Sequence record: PQ330092.1 | Reading direction: 5' to 3' (one strand) | Length of the DNA: 64,000 nucleotides | Part shown: positions 63,053-64,000 of the stretch, in pieces | Layout of the letters: every line of letters starts with the position of its first letter | Position numbering within the stretch: the first letter of the stretch is position 1 | Notes under the pieces: generated by a model | Told to the model about the DNA's origin: nothing | Seen by the model: the letters and a program-made list of their open reading frames with translations, nothing else | Databases searched by the model: none | Position numbers and translations under genes: made by a program

Positions 63053-63668
63053 ACATTATAGAAAAGCCCGAACTGATATTGACATTGACTTCAAGGATAG
63101 TAAAAGCGTAATCGCTAAACTTCCATGTGTGCGAAGTACTGAAAAAATTACGGAGGATGGTTTAATCCCCCATAATAGTGGTGTTCATTTTGATAATATA
63201 CCTATTGATCCAATCACTGGATTGGCAAGTATACAATATAAAGAAGCTGAAAGGTTAGGGTATCAAAAAGTTGATATTCTTTCACAGTCAGCTTACATGT
63301 ATGTTCGTGATAGAGAGCATTTAAAAGAACTAATGAATCAGGAACCAAATTGGGATCTATTGTTAGAACCCGAAATTGTAGAACATCTATCGCAAATTAA
63401 AAAACATGTAACTTTATTAAATGTATGGAAGCCTAAATCTATAGACGAACTAGCAATGTTTATTGCAATGATTCGCCCAGGAAAAAGGCAGTGCCAAAGT
63501 ATGAACACATGGGACGAAGTTAAAGCTACCATATGGGATTATAGTACTATAGGCACTGACCAAGCAGGAAATAAATTACGATATTTCAAAAAGCCACATG
63601 CTTACGCATATAGCTTAATGATTGTTGTACAACTAAATGCTTTAGTTGAACATCTTACTTCTTCTTAA
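63030..63668 (+). CDS. Minimal DNA polymerase III alpha (DnaE) palm-like protein
   Basis: TDIDIDF, HNSGV, KVDILS, KPKSIDELAMFIAMIRPG, FKKPHAYAY correspond in order to DnaE core motifs. Confidence 0.8.
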   Translation: MQDSTDSKHYRKARTDIDIDFKDSKSVIAKLPCVRSTEKITEDGLIPHNSGVHFDNIPIDPITGLASIQYKEAERLGYQKVDILSQSAYMYVRDREHLKELMNQEPNWDLLLEPEIVEHLSQIKKHVTLLNVWKPKSIDELAMFIAMIRPGKRQCQSMNTWDEVKATIWDYSTIGTDQAGNKLRYFKKPHAYAYSLMIVVQLNALVEHLTSS

Positions 63669-64000
63669 GAGCCACATTACGACGCTTGATGCGTTTCTGT
63701 GGCAAATTGCTTAAAGAAACTACTGGACCACATACGAAATTCACCGACGGTGTATCGAATCTCTGTGTGTACGGTTCAAATTTCTCCATCTCTTCTTGAA
63801 AGAATAGACAAACTGGAATGGTTCTATTACTTTGCCACCACCAATCGTGTGCTATACCTAACAATTCGTCTTGCATTGAATCATCCATATCATCGAAACA
63901 GTAAAGAGTTGTATACTGTTTGCTTTTGATTTTGATGATACCAACAAACGTTTTACCATCATACTGGATTACAGTAATGAATGGTGGAATAGTGTTATAT
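63655..64000 (-). CDS. Hypothetical protein, 5'-truncated by the window edge
   Basis: Frame of track ORF 63655-63888 stays open to 64000 (...YNTIPPFITVIQYDGKTFVGII...WWWQSNRTIP...). Confidence 0.7.
   Translation of the reverse strand, partial: YNTIPPFITVIQYDGKTFVGIIKIKSKQYTTLYCFDDMDDSMQDELLGIAHDWWWQSNRTIPVCLFFQEEMEKFEPYTQRFDTPSVNFVCGPVVSLSNLPQKRIKRRNVALKKK

Overview
A 64-kb AT-rich segment from the core of a T4-related jumbo myovirus. Gene content and order resemble RaK2/GAP32-like phages (inference, no database search run). Left to right: a ClpA-like ATPase cut by the window edge; a minus-strand baseplate cluster (3323-aa protein, gp6, gp25, lysozyme, gp5-like spike, hub, gp53, tube initiator) with a homing-endonuclease-like gene inserted; gp55 sigma factor, gp47, gp46; Endo VII; an ~840-bp ORF-free region; gp26/gp51-like chaperones; tape measure, portal, protease, scaffold and major capsid; two more nucleases; tail fibre plus chaperone; DsbA-like protein, B-family polymerase, clamp, GroES, RNase H, terminase, SSB, UvsX/Y/W, a DEDDh exonuclease and a 212-aa mini-DnaE. 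No tRNA, CRISPR array, integrase, intron or intein was seen. Strongest unexplained signals: (1) a promoter-driven, highly structured ~500-nt non-coding RNA (27849-28347) followed by two strand-specific DNA-type hairpins in an AT-rich tract, possibly a replication origin; (2) a promoter class YGRGAHA-N16-TATAAT found seven times, mostly before replication genes; (3) genome-wide over-representation of the palindrome AGTACT (about 105 by hand versus about 22 expected); (4) a synonymously recoded 66-nt tract at the end of the capsid gene next to a homing endonuclease; (5) a T TTT TTC slippery site linking the two tail chaperones; (6) a palm-only DnaE and a pseudo-ATPase terminase paralogue.
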